Shown in pieces: positions 50,301 to 60,670 of a DNA stretch of 64,000 nt. How positions within the stretch are numbered: position 1 is the first letter of the stretch; the number at the start of each line of letters is the position of its first letter. The notes below the pieces were generated by a model. The model had not been told where the DNA came from. It saw only the letters and a program-made list of their open reading frames with translations, and did no database searches. Source of the stretch: Phoronis australis (taxonomy: Eukaryota > Animalia > Phoronida); contig NMRA01000179.1 in assembly GCA_002633005.1 (NCBI GenBank), positions 689,274-753,273 on the forward strand, given 5' to 3'. The position numbers and the translations under genes are program-made.

Positions 50301-53300
50301 GTCAAAAAAGTAACAATAAAAATCCCTTAACTATCATATAAATCACAGTGAATATGATTGTTGTAAGTGAATCGATGTAAGAGTAATAACAATCTGAAAA
50401 GGAAGGAATAATAATAATAATAATAACAATAATAATAAGAATAATTAGAAGAAGAAGAAGAAGCAGATAAAATACGTATAACAGTAAAACTATGCGCTTG
50501 AACGCGCAGAGTAATAAGAATAATAAAAAGATAAATACGTAGAACGGCAAAACTCTGCGCTGGAACGTGCAGAGTAATAAGATAAAAAACGTAGAACAGT
50601 AAAACTCTGCTCTTGAACGCGCAGAGTAATAACTATAAAAAGATAAAATACATAGAACAGTAAAACTGTGCGCTTGCACGCGCAGAGTAATATTAATAAG
50701 AAGAATAAGAAGATAATATACAAACAGTAAAACTGCGGTTGCACGCTCAGAGTAATAAAATTGAAGAAAATCCAGGAACAAAAGTACTCTGCGCTTGTAC
50801 GCGCAGAGTAACAACAAAGTCACTGAGTTTTTTCTTCGATATGGTTTTCCGAGCCTCGATTTTGGGGGTAGATATCCTCCTCCAGTTCCCCTCGTCTAAT
50901 AAAAGATCACGCGCAAAAGATTGTGTTACCATTCCCGACGAGAAAATCTTATTCGGAGAACAAATTTCTTCCCGTCCCGGTTGGAACTTCTTCCTAGGAC
51001 ACTCAAAACTGAATCATTTTCACTCTCCCGGACACTTGGCAACAGAGGGGTTCATGATTTTTTTCTTCAAAAAGGTGTATTGACTTGCAATGGGTACCTT
51101 CTGTGATTTCGCTCACATGAAGACGCTGAGACTAAGTCAGATGCAGGGCCAGGAATCTAATCTTTGTACTCGAAGCGAACTCGAAACTATTTTGGCAATT
51201 TCTCTGCTACTTTTGAGCGAATTCAAATTAATTGTTTATTTGTTGGTGGTAGAATACATTATAGTTTACGCATATGAGTTTCTAATCCAAGTTTGCAATT
51301 GATGACTCATATACTCGTGCTACAAAACTTGAGTAAAAACTAGAAATTTCGAGTTCAAACACGTATATTTAGCCTTAATTATTAAGGTGGATTTAAGGGA
51401 GGGGGGCACGGGGCGATGGTAGCGGGTGATGGGAAAACACGTTCCCGTTTTTTTTTTTTTTNNNNNNNNNNNNNNNNNNNNNNNNNNNNNNNNNNNNNNN
51501 NNNNNNNNNNNNNNNNNNNNNNNNNNNNNNNNNNNNNNNNNNNNNNNNNNNNNNNNNNNNNNNNNNNNNNNNNNNNNNNNNNNNNNNNNNNNNNNNNNNN
51601 NNNNNNNNNNNNNNNNNNNNNNNNNNNNNNNNNNNNNNNNNNNNNNNNNNNNNNNNNNNNNNNNNNNNNNNNNNNNNNNNNNNNNNNNNNNNNNNNNNNN
51701 NNNNNNNNNNNNNNNNNNNNNNNNNNNNNNNNNNNNNNNNNNNNNNNNNNNNNNNNNNNNNNNNNNNNNNNNNNNNNNNNNNNNNNNNNNNNNNNNNNNN
51801 NNNNNNNNNNNNNNNNNNNNNNNNNNNNNNNNNNNNNNNNNNNNNNNNNNNNNNNNNNNNNNNNNNNNNNNNNNNNNNNNNNNNNNNNNNNNNNNNNNNN
51901 NNNNNNNNNNNNNNNNNNNNNNNNNNNNNNNNNNNNNNNNNNNNNNNNNNNNNNNNNNNNNNNNNNNNNNNNNNNNNNNNNNNNNNNNNNNNNNNNNNNN
52001 NNNNNNNNNNNNNNNNNNNNNNNNNNNNNNNNNNNNNNNNNNNNNNNNNNNNNNNNNNNNNNNNNNNNNNNNNNNNNNNNNNNNNNNNNNNNNNNNNNNN
52101 NNNNNNNNNNNNNNNNNNNNNNNNNNNNNNNNNNNNNNNNNNNNNNNNNNNNNNNNNNNNNNNNNNNNNNNNNNNNNNNNNNNNNNNNNNNNNNNNNNNN
52201 NNNNNNNNNNNNNNNNNNNNNNNNNNNNNNNNNNNNNNNNNNNNNNNNNNNNNNNNNNNNNNNNNNNNNNNNNNNNNNNNNNNNNNNNNNNNNNNNNNNN
52301 NNNNNNNNNNNNNNNNNNNNNNNAAAAAATTGGTTCGACCCATATTGGTTCCTAGGTTCGACCCGCCTACGTAAGGAACTAAACACCAATGCTATTTTAA
52401 CATACTAAGTACGCGTAACATTCCAAAAAAATCAACGACCACTAACTACAAACTATAAATACACTACATATGCAAACGAATCACGATATATTACTAATAA
52501 AACAAAATAATGAAGACTTTTCGAGCAAGCCATAGCACATTCAGTTACAAGGAAAAATGGTGGCGTTCAGGACAAGTTCCTGAACTGATGAGCCGGAAAT
52601 GTGGGTACGGAAATAACCGATGACAACCGGTAATCATATGCTCAGAGAGAAGGGTCAAATACTGTTAAAAAATCGCTTTTGACAAGAAAGGCGAAAAGAA
52701 TATAAAGAAAGTAAGTATTTTCGGATACTAGAACCACATGGGCAGTTTGCAACAAGGACTTTAAGTCGAACGACAGTTTTCCTCAACAGAAGGTACATGT
52801 ATGCGTGCACATACAATCACGCTTTGTCCAATTCCCCGAGGATATCGGACCCTCATGGTATCCTAGATCCGCCACCTTAATGTTGGGTTTATCAACTTCA
52901 ACCTAGGACAAAATTTATGTACTCGAGCATAGAATAATTGACACTTATCTTGAGTTCTCCCAAAAGTAGAGTAGAAACTGCCAAGCATAATTTCGGGTAC
53001 CATTTCGAGTAAAAAACTAGAACCCGGGCCCAGGTCGGAGTTTGCGTCCCCGGCCGGGGAAAATCCCAGCTCGACCTCAACTCGATTCTGCTAATTATTA
53101 TTCGAAGGACCAAAGCTGAAAACTAGTTGCCGTAGTAGATTAATTAACCGATTAATTGGTTCCCTCATTACCAATGGAAAAAAACGTTCCCGTTTTTTTT
53201 TTCTTTTTAAGTCGAACGACAGTTTTCCTCAACAGAAGGTACATGTATGCGTGCACAAACAATCACGCTTTGTCCAATTCCCCGAGGATGTAGGGCCCTC

Positions 53301-56300
53301 ATGGTATCCTAGATCCGCCATTGTAGTGTTGGGTTTATCAACTGCAACCTAGGACAAAAATTATGTACTCGAGCATATAATCATTGACACTTATCTTGAG
53401 TTCGCACAACAGTAGAGTAGAAACTGCCAAACATAATTTCGCGTACCATTTCGAGTAAAAAATTTAGAACCCGGGCCCAGGTCGGAGTTCGCGTCCCCGG
53501 TCGTGGAAAATCCCAGCTCGACCTCAACTCGATTCTGCTAATTATTATTCGAAGGACCAAAGCTGAAAACTAGTTTCCGTAGCAGATTAATTAATCCATT
53601 AATTGGTTCCCTCATTATCAATTATTTAGCAAATAACCCAAGGGGATTGGGGGTAAAAGAGAGTGGTTGTTGTACAAGGTACATGTAGCATTATTGTTGT
53701 ATGAACCATGCAAAAACTTAATAGAGATGAGAACTGGTAGAAGACGTCGTATGCTCATGACTCTACCTTGGCACAACTTAGTGTACCATTGAGTATTTTA
53801 TTCACGAGGATGTTAATGTTTTGCAAATGGTTTGGAACGGCGAATCACATTCCGTCCCCGGTTTCCATCCTCTGCTTAGTAGTATCAAAATTTAATACTA
53901 AAATGATGGAAAGCGGAGCCATTTTGCACCATAAAGATAAATAATGTAAACCAATTCTATGTTATTTGCTCATCATTATCGAGACATCCAGCAATAATAC
54001 GAACAAAGGCGGAATGAACATTGAAGGAACATGGCGTTATCGTGATAACACTGGTAAGACTGCATTTCCGCTACCACCAGAAACATCGAAACTATCGGTG
54101 ACTCAAAAAATGCTTTAGAGTTTAGTGGATTTGTTCAACGGTAACTTAGTGAAAAATGGCACATGCACGCAATCGCATTTGAACTGAGTTGCGGGCTCAT
54201 TCGGAAACAAATGACTCGCATTACATGTACATGTATGTAACCTGTTGGTGAAGCGGACGTGGCCTCTACGCCATCTGGATACCTAAGTCATACCCGAGGA
54301 CCGCAGATATAGAGAAATGTCCGTGCCGAGGACGGGTGCATGCGTAGCGATTGTGCAGTCGCGTAGTCGAGGACTAAATAGAGCAAACAAGCCTAATCGC
54401 TAATTACGCTATAAGGACACCCCCGTGCAATAATGCGCAGGTATTAACGGCAAAAACAAAGATATACTGATATTATGAATATGTAAATGTAATTCATGGT
54501 GTTAGCTTTAGTCCCTCGCGTCTCGGCTTCCCTGTTCAACCAATTTCGGAGTAATAGGTGATAGAAAAAAATTTGGATTGTAATGATGTTAAGGCTTAAC
54601 TAGTAGTTTTTTGTATAGAAGGCTAACTAACAGTACAAATACGTATCCTGGAGTGGATTTCGTTAAAATATGACGACCCAATATTTGTCGATTTATTTTT
54701 TTCTAAAAGAGAAAAAGTTGGGCTTAAAAAACTCTGGGCAAAGGGACTTTTCAAGTAAGAGTTTTCGAATTTGAACACTCTGCGAACTGGTGTCATGTGA
54801 GCTTTTGTTTGCCTAGTGTCATTATTTAATTATGTTGTCATTTTTGCCTCACAATGGTGTTGTTCACTTGCTGTTCTGCGCAAGAGGTAGAAGACGAAAT
54901 TGAAAGACACACTTGTTCGTAGTAGTCATCGGAGAGTTACAGTGTCATGCCTTACTACTTGCGAGCCTTGTTGGTTAGATTTAGAAGACACGAATATGAC
55001 GTTCAGGAATTGCCGAGATTTTTTTTTTCACGGAGGTAGTGCAATTTTAAAATCAAGCAATCTGTTTGATTTCTCTAATGGATTAAAGGGTTACAATTGG
55101 GCGAGCAAATTAGTTTCGTCATTGAGGTAATAAATAAGTCGCTTATACTGTGCACATTTCCATGTACATGTACGGCACAAGGCCAACTAAAGCGATTTTC
55201 TCATGAAAAATACGTTAACACATCGATTTTATATTTGCTGCATTGTTTATGTCCGTGTGTCATCTGCTTTCACTTACTGTAATCGAGGAGCAATTAATCA
55301 GTGACCCCACAAAAACCAAATCCGTCAACGTTCATTTTGTCGAATGAAAAAAGACATTTTTGGTAGAGAATCAAAATTTTGAGAAGACTGGTGAAATAGT
55401 AGCAAATTAATTCCACACAATACAAAACCTATTAAAATGGCAATGCCATCCAGGTGAAAATCACTCCACGCGTAAGAACATGTGTAAAGAGGAAGGGTCC
55501 ACGTGACTGATCCATTTGGCAATTTTTACGCTAAAAGAATTTGCACAAAATTAGACGAGTTTTTCCCCCAGATTATCCAGCACAGTCCTTGATGGCGCCG
55601 TCACGGATTGATGGAAGATGCTGACAGTCTAAGGGGAAATTGCTGTGACAGTTACAGTAGTAATAAAACACCGAGACAGGGAAAAGACCTCTTACTTGTT
55701 CCGTTTTCGGTGCAAGATTTAGGTTTATACGGATCGTAATAAACATGTGGATACTGCACCTCGGCAACCTTTTGTTAGAAAAACTATAAAACCGTGAATT
55801 GAGAATCGGCCACAAGCTCGAACGTGAGTGGACTGACCGAGAACCACCAAATAACACATCGGGGAAGTCGAGGACATTACGTTCGTCCGTTTAAATTGTT
55901 TGGCAAGTTTCAAAACATTAAGATTGAAAGGTTTTAAAACTTTCGGGATGAGGCCAGTTGCATGGGAAGCCCGGTCCAGTGGCCCGGTTCATGGAAATTG
56001 ACTTAAGACTAAGTCAAAATTCTGGTCTTACGATCCACACGACCACGTGTATTTCCAAAAGTAATTAAGTCTCACTTGAACAAACGTGCAGGGCGTTCCC
56101 GAGATATTTTTTAAAAATAATTTCCGGCTTGTAATGAGCTCATAATATTTGTCTAAAACTTGTTTCAACAATTCTAAAGTGTGGGAGTAAGACAAAAATT
56201 CTGTCTTAGTCTGAAGTCAATTGCAAAAAAACAGACCCCAAGAAAATCCTCCGAATTCTCTGCTATCGACTATGTACATGTACATACACTGTACGCGATT

Positions 56301-58246
56301 GCGGTCACCTGGTCAATGTGAGTGCCACCCCCGGGTTCAATCCTTGTATACGCCTAACTTGCTAGGGTGTATCTTGAAACGGACACGCAACCAGACCACA
56401 TCGTTCGCCACGACAGCAATTCTTGATCGTCTTTTTTTAATAAACACATTACATGTAAACTGTATGATTATTGTGCAAGGCAACTTTATTATACACCAGC
56501 CAAATTCAAACGTGTGGAGTGTAATAGAATGACAAGGCATTACGGATGAGGTAAAACGTTGCACACTGATTCGCATGCATATCAGGGTTGCGGTACCCCA
56601 GCGTTTCCCTAATCACATCAAAACATACCTTAGAGTAAAGACGCTAGTTACCTAAAAAAGCTATGGATCTGCTTTTTCAGTGGTGGATCCATCTAAAGTA
56701 TCGACGGAAGCGCGCGCACAATTAGAACTCCGTGCGACTTGCCGATTAGCCACGAAAACTTGAAAGGTGTTGGTTTTCGAGATGACAGCAAATCACAATG
56801 CAAAGAAATTTTATTTTCGGGATACTACCCCTCTCCACCCAATTTTTGGTGGTGATTTACTTGGATTTTGCACACGCTGGCGGTGCCGTTTTTGTTTTGT
56901 TGGCGACGTTTCGTTTTTTAATTTATATTGTTTGGTCCTGCCCCAAGGACGTTGAACCCCCCCATATATCCGCCACTGATGGCCATGATTTTTTCATTTG
57001 AAACTACCGCATGTGGTAATATGACCATGCATTTGTAAGATGATACATGCTAGCGGTGGCTCATGAAATAAATGGTGAGACTGGGACAGAGATAGGAAAT
57101 GGGACAGGGCAAGGACCGAGAAAAAGAGGGAAGGCGATGAGCGACTATTCGAAGCCTTACATATGAGAAATACAACTCACGGCAAGTACTTTTAAATGAT
57201 TACAAAGTATATCAGTTAGCGTGTATGCAAGTGTTATCGACGTAATCGTTTCTAATTTTTCTCTAGCTAATTTACCTGTTTTACCTCAGGTTGATTCAAA
57301 ATAAACTAAGTACTAAACGACTACTCGCTTACTCAAAAGAAGGCGTAATTACAAGAAAAACACCTTGCAGGAGCCATGGGGAATTATCTCATAAACACAC
57401 TCTCAATCGACAGAAATAAACAGTCCTTTACACAAAAGATATTAGAAATTTTCCAATAAACCTGCTTAAAAGGTCACCTATCTCGCGCTCTAGGCTGTGC
57501 AGTAGCTTATATCATTGTAAGTTGACTACTTTTGTCCCGAAATTTCTTAATTGTCTTACTATTAATTGAAGACCCGTAAAACTGTAATATTTTGATAACC
57601 CTTGATGTTCACAGAATCCAGTTATGTGCAAAACTTATGCCCAGGTATTCATATTAATGTGACTGCACGTTTTCCAACGAATAAGTTCTCTTGCATATCA
57701 CCATAAATTCTACAAACATATTTTTGCGTCAAACTTGCAAATGCAATTACCCACATATGTTTGTTTTAGATTTTCTTTTAAAGCTCGGGAACTTCGATGC
57801 TAAACCTGCAACTTCCCTAAAAACAAAAGTCTAAATTTTCGATATCCGATTTTTTGGGCTACGGCCAAAAAAGAATATCCCAGACACTACCCTGTGCTCC
57901 TCATTCAATGGAAAAGAATATTTTAATTTTCGGGCTTTTTCGAATTTTTATCTCTGTCTTCAATTACATTTTGGCCCAAAACAATCCTGTGATTAGGAAC
58001 AGCTGGGTATTGGTTTTCTGCACAAAGTACGACTCTGAGATCACAAAAATTTTCAAAACATTAGGTTTCATGTGTCAATTACTTCTTTTGGATAGCAGAC
58101 TCTAGGTTACCAAGGTAATCTATAGCCTTGGTATGACATTGCGTTACACCTACATGTACATGTGTACATCTCCTTTACTTACCTGCAAAGCATATATAGT
58201 AGTGTAAACACACGCTAGCGAATAGAAAATAATATTCGAATTTCAT
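17154..58246 (-). CDS. Multi-exon secreted mosaic lectin gene: signal peptide-(Sushi)-PAN-SUEL-like-(Pro/Thr)-C-type lectin-Sushi
   Basis: Exons 58246-58183, 44444-44199, 30098-29811, 26720-26566, 22805-22700, 20538-20428, 17873-17685 and 17356-17154 have GT/AG boundaries and compatible phases. They sum to 1362 nt (453 aa plus stop). Linking them into one transcript is inferred. Confidence 0.62.
17685..17873 (-). CDS. Sushi/CCP domain exon
   Basis: ECKPPIITNG...GCNPGFRRIG...CEFTGRWSKLPVCK; CAACAG acceptor and AG|GT donor; 189 nt, phase 1-1. Confidence 0.88.
19727..20064 (+). repeat. Local degenerate direct repeats
   Basis: TGATTTAAAACGAACAATAGTACCGCACTGAACACC at 19727 and 20029; ATGACAGACAAA.TGCACTCTGGA at about 19772 and 19915. 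Confidence 0.65.
20428..20538 (-). CDS. C-type lectin domain exon 3 (EPN, WND)
   Basis: Manual translation RFHTGEPNGQTTENCVAVNDLWNDLQCDFKHPSVCSK; TTAG acceptor and AG|GTATAG donor; 111 nt; absent from the ORF track. Confidence 0.9.
22700..22805 (-). CDS. C-type lectin domain exon 2 (WIG motif)
   Basis: KRDYGYNGQHIWIGVNDLKIEGVFQRVDGTNMTYN; TTACAG acceptor and GTAAGT donor; phase 0-1. Confidence 0.9.
25496..26173 (+). repeat. Near-exact ~339-bp tandem duplication across a single N (probable assembly artefact)
   Basis: 25496-25834 and 25836-26173 appear to differ only in one A-homopolymer length and are separated by N at 25835. Confidence 0.85.
26566..26720 (-). CDS. C-type lectin domain exon 1
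   Basis: HEGYYYLFQSLPSTWHEARDVCAYRGMTLAAPENDPVYEWINKM; TTTTAG acceptor and ATG|GTGCGT donor; phase 1-0, matching the next exon. Confidence 0.87.
27610..28582 (+). mobile_element. hAT-like non-autonomous element (uninterrupted family member)
   Basis: Begins AGTGGCGGATCTAGGATATCAC; colinear with 13417-15930 once the Kolobok is removed; ends in a C-run at a single N. Confidence 0.7.
29578..29732 (-). CDS. Pro/Thr-rich linker exon ending in a stop (alternative terminal exon or damaged exon)
   Basis: CACAG acceptor after a 78-nt intron; VKPKVNSVDCQ...TPLTPTPHDTLNPRPVQPTNPTTPSTHDL*; no in-frame phase-1 donor found. Confidence 0.5.
29811..30098 (-). CDS. Cys-rich extracellular domain exon, divergent SUEL/Gal_Lectin-like
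   Basis: 288 nt, phase 1-1, AG/GT bounded; MSC..IEV..C..C..VTDEVQKECSNYSHC..FCSKC..EITYVC resembles SUEL Cys spacing but lacks the canonical YGR and DPC motifs. Confidence 0.7.
32330..36300 (+). pseudogene. Heavily degraded Academ transposase
   Basis: Fragments WVGFH, TYNLDVAK..IQ, IFGVFH..AIG..ESGG..L, NPF..LIHVSTG, DLEHVSSFPLTPVPLS..DG..DKSKL and FIDG match Academ transposase motifs; many stops and frameshifts. Probable element end at 42758 (...CTCTCCAACTA, i.e. a TAG terminus). Confidence 0.72.
33617..34158 (+). repeat. ~290-bp-unit tandem repeat inside a putative Academ intron
   Basis: About 2 units (TTTTTCCTGG...GAACTTGCATAAAAG) bounded by AG|GTAATA and CAAG; inverted relative to 36560-37360. 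Confidence 0.6.
36560..37360 (-). repeat. Tandem array of the same ~290-bp unit (resumes at 42377-42520 after the Sola3 insertion)
   Basis: Repeated CTTAAGTTGTGGATATGGTGTCCAGAG...CTTTTGGAAAA and AAGTTCATTTTT motifs. Confidence 0.7.
37364..42372 (+). mobile_element. Sola3-like DNA transposon (deleted and degenerate)
   Basis: Splits a repeat unit at TTAA (37360-37363 / 42373-42376); GAG start; subterminal inverted repeat CAGAGGG(G)TGATAAAC...TGTCAC (37398 / 42348). Protein remnants LILARVGQF..RHRAHLGILW..C..P.H (~38280-38420) and KADPAKTAQAM..WLTLQQDKGFFSRLAA (~39556-39670) resemble Sola3 transposase N- and C-terminal motifs. Confidence 0.72.
40065..40620 (+). repeat. ~255-bp degenerate tandem repeat inside the Sola3 element
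   Basis: A CCAATTCACTGG.ATTTAGATC-like motif recurs at about 40070, 40328 and 40572. Confidence 0.6.
44199..44444 (-). CDS. PAN/apple domain exon
   Basis: GDCRGKDI...VEECARRCNTVDRCVGYVF...HCYPKWKLC (6 Cys); TGTAG acceptor and G|GTATGT donor; 246 nt, phase 1-1. Confidence 0.88.
46948..47162. mobile_element. hAT-like MITE with 5-bp TSD
   Basis: TIR CATGCGCGCACCCAGC / GCTGGGTGCGCGCATA; flanks CTAAA / CTACA (1 mismatch). Confidence 0.72.
47395..47565 (-). pseudogene. Sushi/CCP exon with intact frame but TG instead of AG at the acceptor
   Basis: VDCGDPGIVLFSSRNGSNFTPPNKVTYRCHPGFAALDHLTRTCLSSGYWSGDKPVCK; 171 nt, phase 1-1, good AG|GTAAT donor; acceptor reads TTTTCCTG. Absent from the ORF track. 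Confidence 0.8.
48211..48508. mobile_element. TA-flanked MITE
   Basis: TIR CGGTGGCCCAAAGATGACA / TGTCATCTTTGGGCCACCG; TA at 48209-48210 and 48509-48510; short internal GAGAT/ATCTC repeats. Confidence 0.85.
48608..50811 (-). mobile_element. Two tandem non-autonomous Helentron (HINE/DINE-like) elements: ~48608-49325 and ~49380-50811
   Basis: Each has an ACTAGAA end followed by the subTIR ACTCTGCGCG, central repeats containing TGACCTTTGAC, an AAT/AAG microsatellite and terminal hairpins ACTCTGCGC-TTG(A/T)AC-GCGCAGAGT. Confidence 0.68.
51462..52323. other. Assembly gap (N run)
   Basis: Run of N; probably hides the rest of the Kolobok-type element. Confidence 1.
52324..52760 (-). mobile_element. 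Second copy of the non-autonomous Kolobok-type element at 286-1960 (partial, runs into the gap)
   Basis: Near-identical reverse complement of about 286-747; ends AAGGACT|TTAA. Confidence 0.88.
52761..53622 (+). repeat. ~450-bp tandem duplication; second copy lacks the Kolobok
   Basis: 52761-53175 aligns with 53207-53622 with scattered substitutions; 53178-53210 shows the empty TTAA site. Confidence 0.8.
55400..55628 (-). pseudogene. Decayed Sushi-like exon (possibly running into a C-type lectin start)
   Basis: CCCTTAG acceptor, phase 1: DCQHLPSIRDG...C..(stops)..C/PNGSVTWTLPLYTC, then SPGW..F..C in another frame; in-frame stops and a frameshift. Confidence 0.45.
55981..56238. mobile_element. 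Harbinger-type MITE
   Basis: GGCCCGGTT start; ~50-bp imperfect inverted repeat AATTGACTT(A/C)AGACTAAG(T/A)CA.AATT...GTCTTAC at both ends. Confidence 0.6.
56678..56978. mobile_element. hAT-like MITE
   Basis: CAGTGGTGGAT ... ATCCGCCACTG termini; no TSD visible. Confidence 0.5.
58183..58246 (-). CDS. Signal-peptide first coding exon
   Basis: AAGATG start, MKFEYYFLFASVCLHYYICFA, consensus CAG|GTAAGT donor, phase 1. Confidence 0.7.
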
Positions 58247-58794
58247 CTTCATTATTCAGCTCCAGATGGGCAGCGTGTACATATAAAACAGCTGCTCGAC
58301 TTTTAGCATGTCAGCGTCGTCTGCATGGCATGCGTAACTATTTCCGACAAAGCACGACTCTGTTGACTTGTCCTCGGAAAGGTGACGATTCGCAGCCTAA
58401 ACCGTACAATAAAAGTATCAGTTTTGTCAGTCATCCGTGTGGTAAACTGTTCTTCGACACTCCCTTGGGTAATGGATAACGAATAACAAAGGGTGTGTTT
58501 AAAATATTCAGTTACAAAAGTAACGTCTCCATTTGTCGCCTTCTGTTCAAAGCGTACCGACGTCAAGCCGAAGTTCGTATTTGTGAATTACAAAAGCTCG
58601 GTGAGGTCTTTGGTCTCCTGTGTATTGGCGACATCCGGTGTACTACATAATTAAAGCCAAGTCACCGCAGGCAAAATCTGCAAGGCTACAGAGGTTACAC
58701 ACTAGTTGAATGACAATTAATTATTTTTTACGAACTGGCGATATACTGTTTATTATAAAACGAACTTCAACCAAACCTCAAAAACGGCTCAGGT

Positions 58795-58947
58795 CATGGG
58801 CGGCGCACCATAGGGGGCTGGGGGGCAAAAATCACTACTTTTTTTCAGCCCATCGTCGCCCTTGGTCTACGGGCGGTGCACTACAGGGGGCTGGAGGGGG
58901 ACGGCTGGGGGCAATATCCCCCCATTTTCAGTGCTGTGCCGCCTATG
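58795..58947. mobile_element. hAT-like MITE
   Basis: CATGGGCGGCGCA ... TGTGCCGCCTATG termini; flanks CAGGT / GGGGT match only partly. Confidence 0.55.
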
Positions 58948-60670
58948 GGGGTGGCTTCGCAAGTGTGTACATGTATAAGCAGAACAACAATCACAAAAAT
59001 CGAGAATTTCCATTTCTTTGGCTGATCGTCATTCCAAGCACATGCGCAGAAGGCATTCTGGAAGCAGTGCATGATTCACGAATTAATGAGTGATCTTCCT
59101 GGATAAGAATTTTTGCATTCAGTTGATTTCTGGGTTTGTATCGACCAGAAAATGGCCATATAAATATCAACACGACGCAAGATTGCTAGAAACGGACATG
59201 CATTCAAACTCAAGCAGAAAACTATGCCTTTACGAGACTGTGTAGACGAATGTCGTTAGCACCTAGTGTACTCTTTTAGCCAATCCCGAGAATCTAAACA
59301 CTTACCATGCAACGCTCCTGAACGACGTGTTTGGTGAAACCGTCGAGGCAGCCAATTTCTTCGACTATTTTCGCCGCGGCGCCCAATCATTATTGCAAAT
59401 TAGCGTAGTTGTCTCCTGCGACACACGTTGTGTGATGTGATATGCAAACAGCCAACGGTGAATGTTTATTGTCCAGTTTCTTCTACTATTTCAGAACTCA
59501 AAATATATGGGCCAGGTCTCTAATATTTTACACAAAACTAAACTCTAAAATACTTTTGAGATTTTCCAAACTCAAGATAATTAGCTATTATTCTGCAATC
59601 GAACATATTATGGAGTACAAAAATGCGTGTACTGAGTCCAAATTCGCACTTGGTGACCCCTAGAATCGTGTTATAAACTGAAGTCGAAATTCGATATTTC
59701 CAGTTGTAATTCGAACTTTTCTTCGCTTTAATGCGGTGTTCATCTAGAGCAAAAAGATCACACTATCGTCCACGTGAACCACAACGTACTAGAATAGCGA
59801 CCGATGGAACTCTTACTTTGATTAAGTGCCAGAAAGTAAAGCGGATAGTGTTAAACACTGTCTCCAGTTCCACTTCGAGTAAGAAGATTTTAACCCGAGC
59901 CACGGTTTTCTCTATAGACCGGGATCCCAGAGCTTTTTTGGGCATGAAATGGTAACCAATTTTCTTTGGTGCCACAGTGCTCTATGGGTATCCTGATGCT
60001 TGAAAATGGCCGTCTGGCAGGTTCGCTCTGGTGGGTGTGGTCAGGGGAGCCAAGAGAATTACACTAAAAAAATGAGCTAGATCNCAGGTAACAGCTTGAA
60101 ACCATTTGCATAATGTCGAGCAACATTCTGCATGCAAAAAAGATACTTTACAGACATTTTAGCGGTGGGGCAGGAGAGTGCAGAGGTTTGGTTGATGTAG
60201 AGGCGACTTTTTTTAGACGCCCCTATCTCTCTACTCAAATGCATATATCCTATTCAGGCCCGTAGCCAGCATTGAGCGGGGGTGGTTCGAATTTCAAGAA
60301 CGGTGGATCTTCGTATTTTGCAAACCTCGACACTGTAGAGTTTTCGATGATGCCTTTGACGCAGCTTAATTAGGGGGAAGGGAAATCTGTATACATGATG
60401 ACGACTCATGTTCATGAGATGAGGCGGAATTTGTAATACCAGATACGAGGATGCTGTGACGGTTGCTCGCAACGAACGGGACACAAATTAGGATGTAATG
60501 TGGTCCAAAAAGAGAACATTCTTTCGTTATTTCCTGCCGAAGTTTCAGATCGGCCATGCTTAAATGGCATGGGTGATTACATCTCATTGCATACCCAGGC
60601 GGAAATGTGAAGTCTATGATATCTGGTTGTATTTTAGCGTGTTACTTAAGTTGCTTACATCGCTGGAAAT

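Larger units (their letters stand above)
51147..53030. mobile_element. Harbinger-type MITE containing a hAT-like MITE (~51383-52875), which in turn contains a Kolobok
   Basis: GGCC termini, CAG TSD (51144-51146 / 53031-53033) and long imperfect TIRs; relative at 61281-61678. Confidence 0.72.

Noticed and set aside
50470-50811. Palindromic repeats with spacers resembling CRISPR, and a hydrophobic 173-aa ORF (50302-50823)
   Set aside because: The spacers are near-identical AT-rich sequence and the ORF is a translation of the repeat and microsatellite.
51382-52408. ORFs over 300 aa containing X
   Set aside because: Artefacts of the N gap.
54005-54058. Plus-strand EGTWRYRD followed by a GTAAG donor, resembling a C-type lectin exon
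   Set aside because: Opposite strand to the gene, very short and without supporting neighbouring exons.
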